NCBI GenBank assembly: GCA_964016885.1
Contig: CAXHJY010000245.1
Location: forward strand, 1-48,000
Direction: 5' to 3'
DNA from: Eledone cirrhosa
Taxonomy: Eukaryota
Length of the DNA: 48,000 nt
Both the position numbers and the translations under genes were made by a program. The notes below the pieces were generated by a model that made no database searches, was not told where the DNA came from, and was given only the letters and a program-made list of their open reading frames with translations. This document shows, piece after piece, positions 1 to 15,100 of the stretch (position 1 is the first letter of the stretch; every line of letters begins with the position of its first letter).

Positions 1-3000
1 CGCACCCAAATAAAAAACGGACCCCCCCATAAAAAAACGGGGCACCCAAATAAAAAACGGGGTATCCAAATAAAAAACGGACCCCCCCATAAAAAACGGG
101 GCACCCGAATAAAAAATGGGGTACCCAAATAAAAAACGGACCCCCCCATAAAAAAACGGGGCACCCAAATAAAAAACGGCCCCCCCCCATAAAAAAACGG
201 GGCACCCAAATAAAAAACGGGGCACCCAAATAAAAAACGGGGTATCCAAATAAAAAACGGACCCCCCCCCATAAAAAAAACGGGGCACCCAAATAAAAAA
301 CGGAACCCCCATAAAAGAACGTGGCACTCAAATAAAAAACGGACCCCCCCATAAAAAAACGGGGCACCCAAATAAAAAACGGGGTACCCAAATAAAAAAC
401 GGACCCCCCATAAAAAAACGGGGCACCCAAATAAAAAACGGGGTATCCAAATAAAAAAATTGCCCCCCCTCATAAAAAAACGGGGCACCCAAATAAAAAA
501 CGGACCCCCCCATAAAAAAACGGGGCACCCAAATAAAAAACGGGGTATCCAAATAAAAAACGGACCCCACCCCATAAAAAAACGGAGCACCCAAATAAAA
601 AACGGGGTACCCAAATAAAAAACGGACCCCCCCCCATAAAAAAACGGGGCACCCAAATAAAAAACGGGGTATCCAAATAAAAAACGGACCCCCCCCCATA
701 AAAAAACGGGGCACCCAAATAAAAAACGGACCCCCCCATAATAAAACGGGGCACCCAAATAAAAAACGGGGCACCCAAATAAAAAACGGACCCCCCCATA
801 AAAAAACGGGGCACCCAAATATAAAACGGGGTACCCAAATAAAAAACGTACCCCCCCATAAAAAAACGGGGCACCCAAATAAAAAACGGGGTATCCAAAT
901 AAAAAACGGACCCCCCCCATAAAAAAACGGGGCACCCAAATAAAAAACGGGGTACCCAAATAAAAAACGTACCCCCCCCCATAAAAAACGGGGTACCCAA
1001 ATAAAAAACGTACCCCCCCCCCATAAAAAAAACGGGGCACCCAAATAAAAAACGGAGTATCCAAATAAAAAACGGACCCCCCCCATAAAAAAACCGGGTA
1101 CCCAAATAAAAAACGAGGTATCCAAATAGAAAACGGACCCCCCCATAAAAAAACGGGGGACCCAAATAAAAAACGCCCCCCCCCATAAAAAAACGGGTCA
1201 TCGAAATAAAAAACGGACCCCCCCATAAAAAAACGAGGCACCCAAATAAAAAACGCACCCACCCATAAAAAAACGTGGCACCCAAATTAAAAACGGGGTA
1301 TCCAAATAAAAAAACGGGGCACCCAAATGAAAAACGGGGCACCCAAATAAAAAACGGACCCCCCATAAGAAAACGGGGCACCCAAATAAAAAACGGGGTA
1401 CCCAAATAAAAAAACGGACCCCCCATAAAAAAACGGGGCACCCAAATAAAAAACGGGGTATCCAAATAAAAAACGGACCCCCCCATAAAAAAACGGGGCA
1501 CCCAAATAAAAAACGGACACCCCATAAAAAAAACGGGGCACCCAAATAAAAAACGGACCCCCCATAAAAAAACGGGGCACCCAAATAAAAAACGGGGTAT
1601 CCAAATAAAAAACGGACCCCCCCATAAAAAAACGGGGCACCCAAATATAAAACGGGGTACCCAAATAAAAAACGGACCCCCCCTATAAAAAAACGGTGCA
1701 CCCAAATAAAAAACGGACCCCCCCATAAAAAAAAACGGGGCACCCAAATAAAAAACGGGGCACCCAAATAAAAAACGGGGTACCCAGATAAAAAACGGAC
1801 CCACCTAAAAAAACGGGCCACCGAAATAAAAAACGGACCCCCCCATAAAAAAACGGGGCACCCAAATAAAAAACGGGGTATCCAAATAAAGAGCGGACCC
1901 CCCATAAAAAAACGAGGCACCCAAATAAAAAACGGACCACCCCATAAAAAAACGGGGCACCCAAATAAAAACGTACCCCCCCATAAAAAAACGGGGCACC
2001 CAAATAAAAAACGGACCCCCCCATAAAAAAACGGGGCACCCAAATAAAAAACGGACCCCCCCATAAAAAAACGGGGCGCCCAAATAAAAAACGGGGTATC
2101 CAAATAAAAAACGGACCCCCCCATAAAAAACGGAGCACCCGAATAAAAAACGGGGTACCCAAATAAAAAACGGACCCCCCCATTAAAAAAACGGGGCACC
2201 CAAATAAAAAACGGGGTATCCAAATAAAAAACGGACCGCGCCCATAAAAAAACGGGGGACCCAAATAAAAAACGGGGCACCCAAATAAAAAACAGGGCAC
2301 CCAAATAAAAAACGGTACACCCAAATAAAAAACGGACCACCTCCATAAAAAAACGGGGCACCCAAATAAAAAACGGGGTACCCAAATAAAAAACGGGGTA
2401 CCCAGATAAAAAACGGACCCCCCATAAGAAAACGGGGCACCCAAATAAAAAACGGGGTACCCAAATAAAAAAACGGACCCCCCATAAAAAAACGGGGCAC
2501 CCAAATAAAAAACGGGGCATCCAAATAAAAAACGGACCCCCCCCCCATAAAAAAACGGAGCACCCAAATAAAAAACGGGGTACCCAAATAAAAAACGGAC
2601 CCCCCCCATAGAAAAACGGGGTACCCAAATAAAAAACGGGGTACCCAGATAAAAAACGGACCCCCCCCATAAAAAAACGGGGCACCGAAAGAAAAAACGG
2701 ACCACCCCCATAAAAAAAGGGGCACCCAAATAAAAAACGGAGTATCCAAATAAAAAACGGACCCCCCCCCCATAAAAAAACCGGGTACCCAAATAAAAAA
2801 CGGGTCATCGAAATAAAAAACGGACCCCCCCATAAAAAAACGAGGCACCCAAATAAAAAACGCACCCACCCATAAAAAAACGGGGCACCCAAATAAAAAA
2901 CGGGGTATCCAAATAAAAAAACGGGGCACCCAAATGAAAAACGGGGCACCCAAATAAAAAACGGACCCCCCCATAAGAAAACGGGGCACCCAAATAAAAA

Positions 3001-6000
3001 ACGGACCCCCCCCCCATAAAAAAACGGGGCACCCAAATAAAGAACGGGGTATCCAAATAAAAAACGGACCCCCCCATAAAAAAACGGGGCACCCAAATAA
3101 AAAACTGACCCCCCCCCATAAAAAAACGGGGCACCCAAATAAAAAACGGGGTACCCAAATAAAGAATGGACCACCCCATAAAAAAACGGGGCACCCAAAT
3201 AAAAAACGGGGTATCCAAATAAAAAACGGACCCCCCCATAAAAAAACGGGGCACCCAAATAAATAACGGGGTACCCAAATAAAAAACGTACCCCCCCATA
3301 AAAAAACGGGGCACCCAAATAAAAAACGGACCCCCCCATAAAAAAACGGGGCACCCAAATAAAAAACGGACCCCCCCCTAAAAAAACGGGGCACCCAAAT
3401 AAAAAACGGGGTATCCAAATAAAAAACGGACCCCCCCATAAAAAACGGGGCACCCGAATAAAAAACGGGGTACCCAAATAAAAAACGGACCCCCCCATAA
3501 AAAAACGGGGCACCCAAATAAAAAACGGGGCACCCAAATAAAAAACGGGGCACCCAAATAAAAAACGGCCCCCCCCATAAAAAAACGGGGCACCCAAATA
3601 AAAAACGGGGCACCCAAATAAAAAACGGGGTATCCAAATAAAAAACGGACCCCCCCCATAAAAAAAACGGGGCACCCAAATAAAAAACGGACCCCCCATA
3701 AAAAAACGTGGCACTCAAATAAAAAACGGACCCCCCCATAAAAAAACGGGGCACCCAAATAAAAAACGGGGCACCCAAATAAAAAACGGCCCCCCCCATA
3801 AAAAAACGGGGCACCCAAATAAAAAACGGGGTACCCAAATAAAAAATGGACCCCCCATAAAAAAACGGGGCACCCAAATAAAAAACGGGGTATCCAAATA
3901 AAAAAATGGCCCCCCCTCATAAAAAAACGGGGCACCCAAATAAAAAACGGACCCCCCCATAAAAAAACGGGGCACCCAAATAAAAAACGGGGTATCCAAA
4001 TAAAAAACGGACCCCCCCCCATAAAAAAACGGAGCACCCAAATAAAAAACGGGGTACCCAAATAAAAAACGGACCCCCCCCCCATAAAAAAACGGGGCAC
4101 CCAAATAAAAAACGGGGTATCCAAATAAAAAACTGACCCCCCCCATAAAAAAACGGGGCACCCAAATAAAAAACGGACCCCCCCATAATAAAACGGGGCA
4201 CCCAAATAAAAAACGGGGCACCCAAATAAAAAACGGACCCCCCATAAAAAAACGGGGCACCCAAATATAAAACGGGGTACCCAAATAAAAAACGTACCCC
4301 CCCCCATAAAAAAACGGGGCACCCAAATAAAAAACGGGGTATCCAAATAAAAAACGGACCCCCCCCCATAAAAAAACGGGGCACCCAAATAAAAAACGGG
4401 GTACCCAAATAAAAAACGTACCCCCCCCATAAAAAACGGGGTACCCAAATAAAAAACGTACCCCCCCCATAAAAAAAACCGGGCACCCAAATAAAAAACG
4501 GAGTATCCAAATAAAAAACGGACCCCCCCCATAAAAAAACCGGGTACCCAAATAAAAAACGAGGTATCCAAATAGAAAACGGACCCCCCCATAAAAAAAC
4601 GGGGGACCCAAATAAAAAACGGCCCCCCCCCATAAAAAAACGGGTCATCGAAATAAAAAACGGACCCCCCCATAAAAAAACGAGGCACCCAAATAAAAAA
4701 CGCACCCACCCATAAAAAAACGGGGCACCCAAATAAAAAACGGGGTATCCAAATAAAAAAACGGGGCACAAAAATGAAAAACGGGGCACCCAAATAAAAA
4801 ACGGACCCCCCATTAGAAAACGGGGCACCCAAATAAAAAACGGACCCCCCCCCCATAAAAAAACGGGGCACCCAAATAAAGAACGGGGTATCCAAATAAA
4901 AAACGGACCCCCCCATAAAAAAACGGGGCACCCAAATAAAAAACGGACCCCCCATAAAAAAACGGGGCACCCAAATAAAAAACGGGGTATCCAAATAAAA
5001 AACGGACCCCCCCATAAAAAAACGGGGCACCCAAATAAAAAACGGGGTACCCAAATAAAAAAACGGACCCCCCATAAAAAAACGGGGCCCCCAAATAAAA
5101 AACGGGGTATCCAAATAAAAAACGGACCCCCCCCCATAAAAAAACGGGGCACCCAAATAAAAAACGGACACCCCATAAAAAAAACGGGGCACCCAAATAA
5201 AAAACGGACCCCCCCATAAAAAAACGGGGTACCCAAATAAAAAACGGACCACCCCATAAAAAAACGGGGCACCCAAATAAAAAACGTACCCCCCCATAAA
5301 AAAACGGGGCACCCAAATAAAAAACGGACCCCCCCATAAAAAAACGGGGCACCCAAATAAAAAACGGACCCCCCCATAAAAAAACGGGGCACCCAAATAA
5401 AAAACGGACCCCCCCATTAAAAAAACGGGGCACCCAAATAAAAAACGGGGTATCCAAATAAAAAACGGACCGCGCCCATAAAAAAACGGGGGACCCAAAT
5501 AAAAAACGGGGCACCCAAATAAAAAACGGGGCACCCAAATAAAAAACGGTACACCCAAATAAAAAACGGACCACCTCCATAAAAAAACGGGGCACCCAAA
5601 TAAAAAACGGGGTACCCAAATAAAAAACGGGGTACCCAGATAAAAAACGGACCCCCCATAAAAAAACGGGGCACCGAAATAAAAAACGGACCACCCCCAT
5701 AAAAAAAGGGGCACCCAAATAAAAAACGGAGTATCCAAATAAAAAACGGACCCCCCCCCATAAAAAAACCGGGTACCCAAATAAAAAACGGGTCATCGAA
5801 ATAAAAAACGGACCCCCCCATAAAAAAACGAGGCACCCAAATAAAAAACGCACCCACCCATAAAAAAACGGGGCACCCAAATAAAAAACGTGGTATCCAA
5901 ATAAAAAAACGGGGCACCCAAATGAAAAACGGGGCACCCAAATAAAAAACGGACCCCCCCATAAGAAAACGGGGCACCCAAATAAAAAACGGACCCCCCC

Positions 6001-6300
6001 CCATAAAAAAACGGGGCACCCAAATAAAGAACGGGGTATCCAAATAAAAAACGGACCCCCCCATAAAAAAACGGGGCACCCAAATAAAAAACTGACCCCC
6101 CCATAAAAAAACGGGGCACCCAAATAAAAAACGGGGTACCCAAATAAAAAATGGACCACCCCATAAAAAAACGGGGCACCCAAATAAAAAACGGGGTATC
6201 CAAATAAAAAACGAACCCCCCCATAAAAAAACGGGGCACCCAAATAAATAACGGGGTACCCAAATAAAAAAACGGACCCCCCATAAAAAAACGGGGCACC
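1..6300 (+). repeat. Imperfect higher-order duplication, two copies, offset ~3.0-3.45 kb
   Basis: Rare variants recur in the same order: GTGGCACTCA 321/3708, ATAATAAAAC 738/4185, GAGGTATCCAAATAG 1115/4561, CGCGCCC 2237/5471, CCACCTCC 2337/5571. Confidence 0.8.
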
Positions 6301-9300
6301 CAAATAAAAAACGGGGTATCCAAATAAAAAACGGACCCCCCCCCATAAAAAAACGGGGCACCCAAATAAAAAACGGACACCCCATAAAAAAAACGGGGCA
6401 CCCAAATAAAAAACGGACCCCCCCATAAACAAACGGGGCACCCAAATAAAAAACGGGGTATCCAAATAAAAAACGGACCCCCCCATAAAAAAACGGGGCA
6501 CCCAAATATAAAACGGGGTACCCAAATAAAAAACGTACCCCCCATAAAAAAAACGGGGCACCCAAATAAAAAACGGAGTATCCAAATAAAAAACGGACCC
6601 CCCCCATAAAAAAACCGGGTACCCAAATAAAAAACGGGGTATCCAAATAAAAAACGGACCCCCCCATAAAAAAACGGGGGACCCAAATAAAAAACGCCCC
6701 CCCCCCCATAAAAAAACGGGTCATCGAAATAAAAAACGGACCCCCCCCATAAAAAAACGAGGCACCCAAATAAAAAACGCACCCACCCATAAAAAAACGG
6801 GGCACCCAAATAAAAAACGGGGTATCCAAATAAAAAGCGGACCCTCCCATAAAAAAACGAGGCACCCAAATAAAAAACGGACCCCCCCCATAAAAAAACG
6901 GGGCACCGAAATAAAAAACGGACCTCCCCCATAAAAAAACGGGGCACCCAAATAAATAACGGGATACCCAAATAACCCCCCCCCATAAAAAAACGGGGCA
7001 CCCAAATAAAAAACGGACCCCCACATAAAAAAACGGGGCACCCAAATAAAAACGGACCCCCCCCATAAAAAAACGGGGCACCCAAATAAAAAACGGGGTA
7101 TCCAAATAAAAAACGGACATCCCCCATAAAGAAACCGGGTACCCAAATAAAAAACGAGGTATCCAAATAGAAAACGGACCCCCCCATAAAAAAACGGGGG
7201 ACCCAAATAAAAAACGGCCCCCCCCCATAAAAAAACGGGTCATCGAAATAAAAAACGGACCCCCCCATAAAAAAACGAGGCACCCAAATAAAAAACGCAC
7301 CCACCCATAAAAAACGGGGCACCCAAATAAAAAACGGGGTATCCAAATAAAAAAACGGGGCCCCCAAATGAAAAACGGGGCACCCAAATAAAAAACGGAC
7401 CCCCCCCCATAAAAAAACGGGGCACCCAAATAAAGAACGGGGTATCCAAATAAAAAACGGACCCCCCCATAAAAAAACGGGGCACCCAAATAAAAAACGG
7501 GGTACCCAAATAAAAAAACGGACCCCCCATAAAAAAACGGGGCACCCAAATAAAAAACGGGGTATCCAAATAAAAAACGGACCCCCCCCATAAAAAAACG
7601 GGGCACCCAAATAAAAAACGGACACCCCATAAAAAAAACGGGGCACCCAAATAAAAAACGGACCCCCCCATAAAAAAACGGGGCACCCAAATAAAAAACG
7701 GACCACCCCATAAAAAAACGGGGCACCCAAATAAAAAACGGACCCCCCCCCCATAAAAAAACGGGGCACCCAAATAAAAAACGGGACCCCCCCATAAAAA
7801 AACGGGACACCCAAATAAAAAACGGGGCACCCAAATAAAAAACGGATCCCCCCATAAAAAAACGGGGCACCCAAATAAAAAACGGGGTACCCAAATAAAA
7901 AACGGGGTACCCAAATAAAAAACGGACCCCCCCATAAAAAAACGGGGCACCCAAATAAAAAACGGGGTACCCAAATAAAAAACGGACCCCCCCCAAATAA
8001 AAAACGGGGCACCCAAATAAAAAACGGGACCCCCCCATAAAAAAACGGGACACCCAAATAAAAGACGGGGCACCCAAATAAAAAACGGCCCCCTCCATAA
8101 AAAAACGGGGCACCCAAATAAAAAACGGGACCCCCCCATAAAAAACGGGGCACCCAAATAAAAAACGGACCCCCCCATAAAAAAACGGGGCACCCAAATA
8201 AAAAACGGACCCCCCCATAAAAAAACGGGGCACCCAAATAAAAAACGGGGCACCCAAATAAAAAACGGATCCCCCCCATAAAAAAACGGGGTACCCAAAT
8301 AAAAAACGGGGCACCCAAATAAAAAACGGACCCCCCACATAAACAAAAGGGGCACCCAAATAAAAAACGGGGTACCCAAATAAAAAACGGGGTACCCAGA
8401 TAAAAAACGGACCACCCCCATAAAAAAACGTGGCACCCAAATAAAAAACGGGACCCCCCCATAAAAAAACGGGGCACCCAAATAAAAAACGGACCCCCCC
8501 CATAAAAAAACGAGGCACCCAAATAAAAAACGCACCCACCCATAAAAAAACGGGGCACCCAAATAAAAAACGGGTCATCGAAATAAAAAACGGACCCCCC
8601 CATAAAAAAACGAGGCACCCAAATAAAAAACGCCCCCACCCATAAACAAACGGGGCACCCAAATAAAAAACGGGGTATCCAAATAAAAAACGGACCCCCC
8701 CCCATAAAAAAACGGGGCACCCAAATAAAAAACGGACACCCCATAAAAAAAACGGGGCACCCAAATAAAAAACGGACCCCCCCATAAACAAACGGGGCAC
8801 CCAAATAAAAAACGGGGTATCCAAATAAAAAACGGACCCCCCCATAAAAAAACGGGGCACCCAAATATAAAACGGGGTACCCAAATAAAAAACGTACCCC
8901 CCCATAAAAAAAACGGGGCACCCAAATAAAAAACGGAGTATCCAAATAAAAAACGGACCCCCCCCATAAAAAAACCGGGTACCCAAATAAAAAACGGGGT
9001 ATCCAAATAAAAAACGGACCCCCCCATAAAAAAACGGGGGACCCAAATAAAAAACGCCCCCCCCCCATAAAAAAACGGGTCATCGAAATAAAAAACGGAC
9101 CCCCCCCCATAAAAAAACGAGGCACCCAAATAAAAAACGCACCCACCCATAAAAAAACGGGGCACCCAAATAAAAAACGGGGTATCCAAATAAAAAGCGG
9201 ACCCTCCCATAAAAAAACGAGGCACCCAAATAAAAAACGGACCCCCCCCATAAAAAAACGGGGCACCGAAATAAAAAACGGACCTCCCCCATAAAAAAAC

Positions 9301-12150
9301 GGGGCACCCAAATAAATAACGGGATACCCAAATAACCCCCCCCCATAAAAAAACGGGGCACCCAAATAAAAAACGGACCCCCACATAAAAAAACGGGGCA
9401 CCCAAATAAAAACGGACCCCCCCCATAAAAAAACGGGGCACCCAAATAAAAAACGGGGTATCCAAATAAAAAACGGACATCCCCCATAAAGAAACCGGGT
9501 ACCCAAATAAAAAACGAGGTATCCAAATAGAAAACGGACCCCCCCATAAAAAAACGGGGGACCCAAATAAAAAACGGCCCCCCCCCATAAAAAAACGGGT
9601 CATCGAAATAAAAAACGGACCCCCCCATAAAAAAACGAGGCACCCAAATAAAAAACGCACCCACCCATAAAAAACGGGGCACCCAAATAAAAAACGGGGT
9701 ATCCAAATAAAAAAACGGGGCCCCCAAATGAAAAACGGGGCACCCAAATAAAAAACGGACCCCCCCCCATAAAAAAACGGGGCACCCAAATAAAGAACGG
9801 GGTATCCAAATAAAAAACGGACCCCCCCATAAAAAAACGGGGCACCCAAATAAAAAACGGGGTACCCAAATAAAAAAACGGACCCCCCATAAAAAAACGG
9901 GGCACCCAAATAAAAAACGGGGTATCCAAATAAAAAACGGACCCCCCCCCATAAAAAAACGGGGCACCCAAATAAAAAACGGACACCCCATAAAAAAAAC
10001 GGGGCACCCAAATAAAAAACGGACCCCCCCATAAAAAAACGGGGCACCCAAATAAAAAACGGACCACCCCATAAAAAAACGGGGCACCCAAATAAAAAAC
10101 GGACCCCCCCCCCATAAAAAAACGGGGCACCCAAATAAAAAACGGGACCCCCCCATAAAAAAACGGGACACCCAAATAAAAAACGGGGCACCCAAATAAA
10201 AAACGGATCCCCCCATAAAAAAACGGGGCACCCAAATAAAAAACGGGGTACCCAAATAAAAAACGGGGTACCCAAATAAAAAACGGACCCCCCCATAAAA
10301 AAACCGGGCACCCAAATAAAAAACGGGGTACCCAAATAAAAAACGGACCCCCCCCAAATAAAAAACGGGGCACCCAAATAAAAAACGGGACCCCCCCATA
10401 AAAAAACGGGGCACCCAAATAAAAGACGGGGCACCCAAATAAAAAACGGCCCCCTCCATAAAAAAACGGGGCACCCAAATAAAAAACGGGACCCCCCCAT
10501 AAAAAACGGGGCACCCAAATAAGAAACGGACCCCCCCATAAAAAAACGGGGCACCCAAATAAAAAACGGACCCCCCCATAAAAAAACGGGGCACCCAAAT
10601 AAAAAACGGGGCACCCAAATAAAAAACGGATCCCCCCCATAAAAAAACGGGGCACCCAAATAAAAAACGGGGCACCCAAATAAAAAACGGACCCCCCACA
10701 TAAACAAAAGGGGCACCCAAATAAAAAACGGGGTACCCAAATAAAAAACGGGGTACCCAGATAAAAAACGGACCACCCCCATAAAAAAACGTGGCACCCA
10801 AATAAAAAACGGGACCCCCCCATAAAAAAACGGGGCACCCAAATAAAAAACGGACCCCCCCCATAAAAAAACGAGGCACCCAAATAAAAAACGCACCCAC
10901 CCATAAAAAAACGGGGCACCCAAATAAAAAACGGGTCATCGAAATAAAAAACGGACCCCCCCATAAAAAAACGAGGCACCCAAATAAAAAACGCCCCCAC
11001 CCATAAACAAACGGGGCACCCAAATAAAAAACGGGGTATCCAAATAAAAAACGGACCCCCCCCATAAAAAAACGGGGCACCCAAATAAAAAACGGACACC
11101 CCATAAAAAAAACGGGGCACCCAAATAAAAAACGGACCCCCCCATAAACAAACGGGGCACCCAAATAAAAAACGGGGTATCCAAATAAAAAACGGACCCC
11201 CCCATAAAAAAACGGGGCACCCAAATATAAAACGGGGTACCCAAATAAAAAACGTACCCCCCCATAAAAAAAACGGGGCACCCAAATAAAAAACGGAGTA
11301 TCCAAATAAAAAACGGACCCCCCCCATAAAAAAACCGGGTACCCAAATAAAAAACGGGGTATCCAAATAAAAAACGGACCCCCCCATAAAAAAACGGGGG
11401 ACCCAAATAAAAAACGCCCCCCCCCCATAAAAAAACGGGTCATCGAAATAAAAAACGGACTCCCCCCATAAAAAAACGAGGCACCCAAATAAAAAACGCA
11501 CCCACCCATAAAAAAACGGGGCACCCAAATAAAAAACGGGGTATCCAAATAAAAAGCGGACCCTCCCATAAAAAAACGAGGCACCCAAATAAAAAACGGA
11601 CCCCCCCCATAAAAAAACGGGGCACCGAAATAAAAAACGGACCTCCCCCATAAAAAAACGGGGCACCCAAATAAATAACGGGATACCCAAATAACCCCCC
11701 CCATAAAAAAACGGGGCACCCAAATAAAAAACGGACCCCCACATAAAAAAACGGGGCACCCAAATAAAAACGGACCCCCCCCATAAAAAAACGGGGCACC
11801 CAAATAAAAAACGGGGTATCCAAATAAAAAACGGACATCCCCCATAAAGAAACCGGGTACCCAAATAAAAAACGAGGTATCCAAATAGAAAACGGACCCC
11901 CCCATAAAAAAACGGGGGACCCAAATAAAAAACGGCCCCCCCCATAAAAAGACGGGTCATCGAAATAAAAAACGGACCCCCCCATAAAAAAACGAGGCAC
12001 CCAAATAAAAAACGCACCCACCCATAAAAAACGGGGCACCCAAATAAAAAACGGGGTATCCAAATAAAAAAACGGGGCACCCAAATGAAAAACGGGGCAC
12101 CCAAATAAAAAACGGACCCCCCCCCCATAAAAAAACGGGGCACCCAAATA
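6300..12150 (+). repeat. Higher-order repeat, ~2.36-kb period, about 2.5 tandem copies
   Basis: GGGATACCCAAATAACCCC at 6961/9321/11680 and GGACATCCCCC at 7115/9475/11833 (spacings 2358-2360). Confidence 0.9.
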
Positions 12151-15100
12151 AAGAACGCGGTATCCAAATAAAAAACGGACCCCCCCCCATAAAAAAACGG
12201 GGCACCCAAATAAAAAACGGGACCCCCCCATAAAAAAACGGGGCACCCAAATAAAAAACGGACCCCCCCCATAAAAAAACGGGGCACCCAAATAAAAAAC
12301 GGACCCCCCCCTAAAAAAACGGGGCACCGAAATAAAAAACGGGGTAGCCAAATAAAAAACGGACCCCCCCCATAAAAAAACGGGGCACCCAAATAAAAAA
12401 CGGACCCCCCCATAAAAAAACGGGACACCCAAATAAAAAACGGGGCACCCAAATAAAAAACGGATCCCCCCATAAAAAAACGGGGCACCCAAATAAAAAA
12501 CGGACCCCCCCATAAAAAAACGGGGCACCCAAATAAAAAACGGGGCACCCAAATAAAAAACGGGGTACCCAAATAAAAAACGGGGCACCCAAATAAAAAA
12601 CGGACCCCCCCATAAAAAAAACGAGGCACCCAAATAAAAAACGGACCCCCCCATAAAAAAACGGGGCACCCAAATAAAGAACGGGGTACCCAAATAAAAA
12701 ACGGGGTACCCAGATAAAAAACGGACCCCCCCCATAAAAAAACGGGGCACCCAAATAAAAAACGGGGCACCCAAATATAAAACGGGGCACCCAAATAAAA
12801 AACGGATCCCCCCCATAAAAAAACGGGGCACCCAAATAAAAAACGGGGCACCCAAATAAAAAACGGACCCCCCCCATAAAAAAACGGGGCACCCAAATAA
12901 AAAACGGCCCCCTCCATAAAAAAACGGGGCACCCAAATAAAAAACGGGGCACCCAAATAAAAAACGGACCCCCCCCATAAAAAAACGGGGCACCCAAATA
13001 AAAAACGGGGAACCCAAATAAAAAACGGGGTACCCAGATAAAAAACGGACCCCCCCATAAAAAAACGGGGCACCCAAATAAAAAACGGACCCCCCCCATA
13101 AAAAAACGGGGCACCCAAATAAAAAACGGGGTACCCAAATAAAAAACGGACCCCCCCATAAAAAAACGGGGCACCTAAATAAAAAACGGGACCCCCCCAT
13201 AAAAAAACGGGGCACCCAAATAAAAAACGGACCCCCCCATAAAAAAACGGGGCACCCAAATAAAAAACGGACCCCCCCATAAAAAAACGGGGCACCCAAA
13301 TAAAAAACGGGGCACCCAAATAAAAAACGGATCCCCCCCATAAAAAAACGGGGCACCCAAATAAAAAACGGGGCACCCAAATAAAAAACGGACCCCCCCA
13401 TAAAAAATGGGGCACCGAAATAAAAAACGGACCCCCCCCCATAAAAAAACGGGGCACCCAAATAAAAAACGGGACCCCCTCATAAAAAAACCGGACACCC
13501 AAATAAAAAACGGGGCACCCAAATAAAAAACGGACCCCCCCCATAAAAAAACGGTGCACCCAAATAAAAAACGGGGTACCCAAATAAAAAACGGGGTACC
13601 CAGATAAAAAACGGACCCCCCCATAAAAAAACGGGACACCCAAATAAAAAACGGACCCCCCCATAAAAAAACGGGGCACCCAAATAAAAAACGGGGTACC
13701 CAAATAAAAAACGGACCCCCCCCATAAAAAAACGGAGCACCCAAATAAAAAACGGACCCCCCCCATAAAAAAACGGGGCACCCAAATAAAAAACGGACCC
13801 CCCCATAAAAAAACGGGGCACCCAAATAAAAAACGGGGTACCCAAATAAAAAACGGACCCCCCCCATAAAAAAACGGGGCACCCAAATAAAAAACGGGAC
13901 CCCCCCATAAAAAAACGGGGCACCCAAATAAAAAACGGACCCCCCCCATAAAAAAACGGGGCACCCAAATAAAAAACGGACCCCCCCATAAAAAAACGGG
14001 GCACCCAAATAAAAAACGGGGTACCCAAATAAAAAACGGGGCACCCAAATAAAAAACGGACCCCCCCCATAAAAAAACGGGGCACCCAAATAAAAAACGG
14101 GGCACCCAAATAAAAAACGGACCCCCCCCATAAAAAAAACGGGGCACCCAAATAAAAAACGGGGTACCCAAATAAAAAACGGGGTACCCAGATAAAAAAC
14201 GGACCCCCCCCCATAAAAAAACGGGGCACCCAAATAAAAAACGGGGCACCCAAATATAAAACGGGACACCCAAATAAAAAACGGGGCACCCAAATAAAAA
14301 ACGGACCCCCCCCCCATAAAAAAACGGGGCACCCAAATAAAAAACGGACCCCCCCATAAAAAAACGGGGCACCCAAATAAAAAACGGGGCACCCAAATAA
14401 AAAACGGGGCACCCAAATAAAAAACGGACCCCCCATAAAAAAACGGGACACCCAAATAAAAAACGGGGCACCCAAATAAAAAACGGATCCCCCCATAAAA
14501 AAACGGGACACCCAAATAAAAAACGGGACCCCCCCATAAAAAAACGGGGCACCCAAATAAAAAACGGACCCCCCCCATAAAAAAACGGGGCACCCAAATA
14601 AAAAACGGGACCCCCCCATAAAAAAACGGGGCACCCAAATAAAAAACGGACCCTCCCCATAAAAAAACGGGGCACCCAAATAAAAAACGGGGTACCCAAA
14701 TAAAAAACGGACCCCCCCCATAAAAAAACGGGGCACCCAAATAAAAAACGGGACCCCCCCATAAAAAAACGGGGCACCCAAATAAAAAACGGACCCCCCC
14801 CATAAAAAAACCGGTCACCCAAATAAAAAACGGACCCCCCCCCATAAAATAACGGGGCACCCAAATAAAAAACGGGGTACCCAAATAAAAAACGGACCCC
14901 CCCCATAAAAAAACGGGGCACCCAAATAAAAAACGGACCCCCCCCATAAAAAAACGGGACACCCAAATAAAAAACGGGGCACCCAAATAAAAAACAGATC
15001 CCCCCATAAAAAAACGGGGCACCCAAATAAAAAACGGACCCCCCCATAAAAAAACGGGGCACCCAAATAAAAAACGGGGCACCCAAATAAAAAACGGGGT

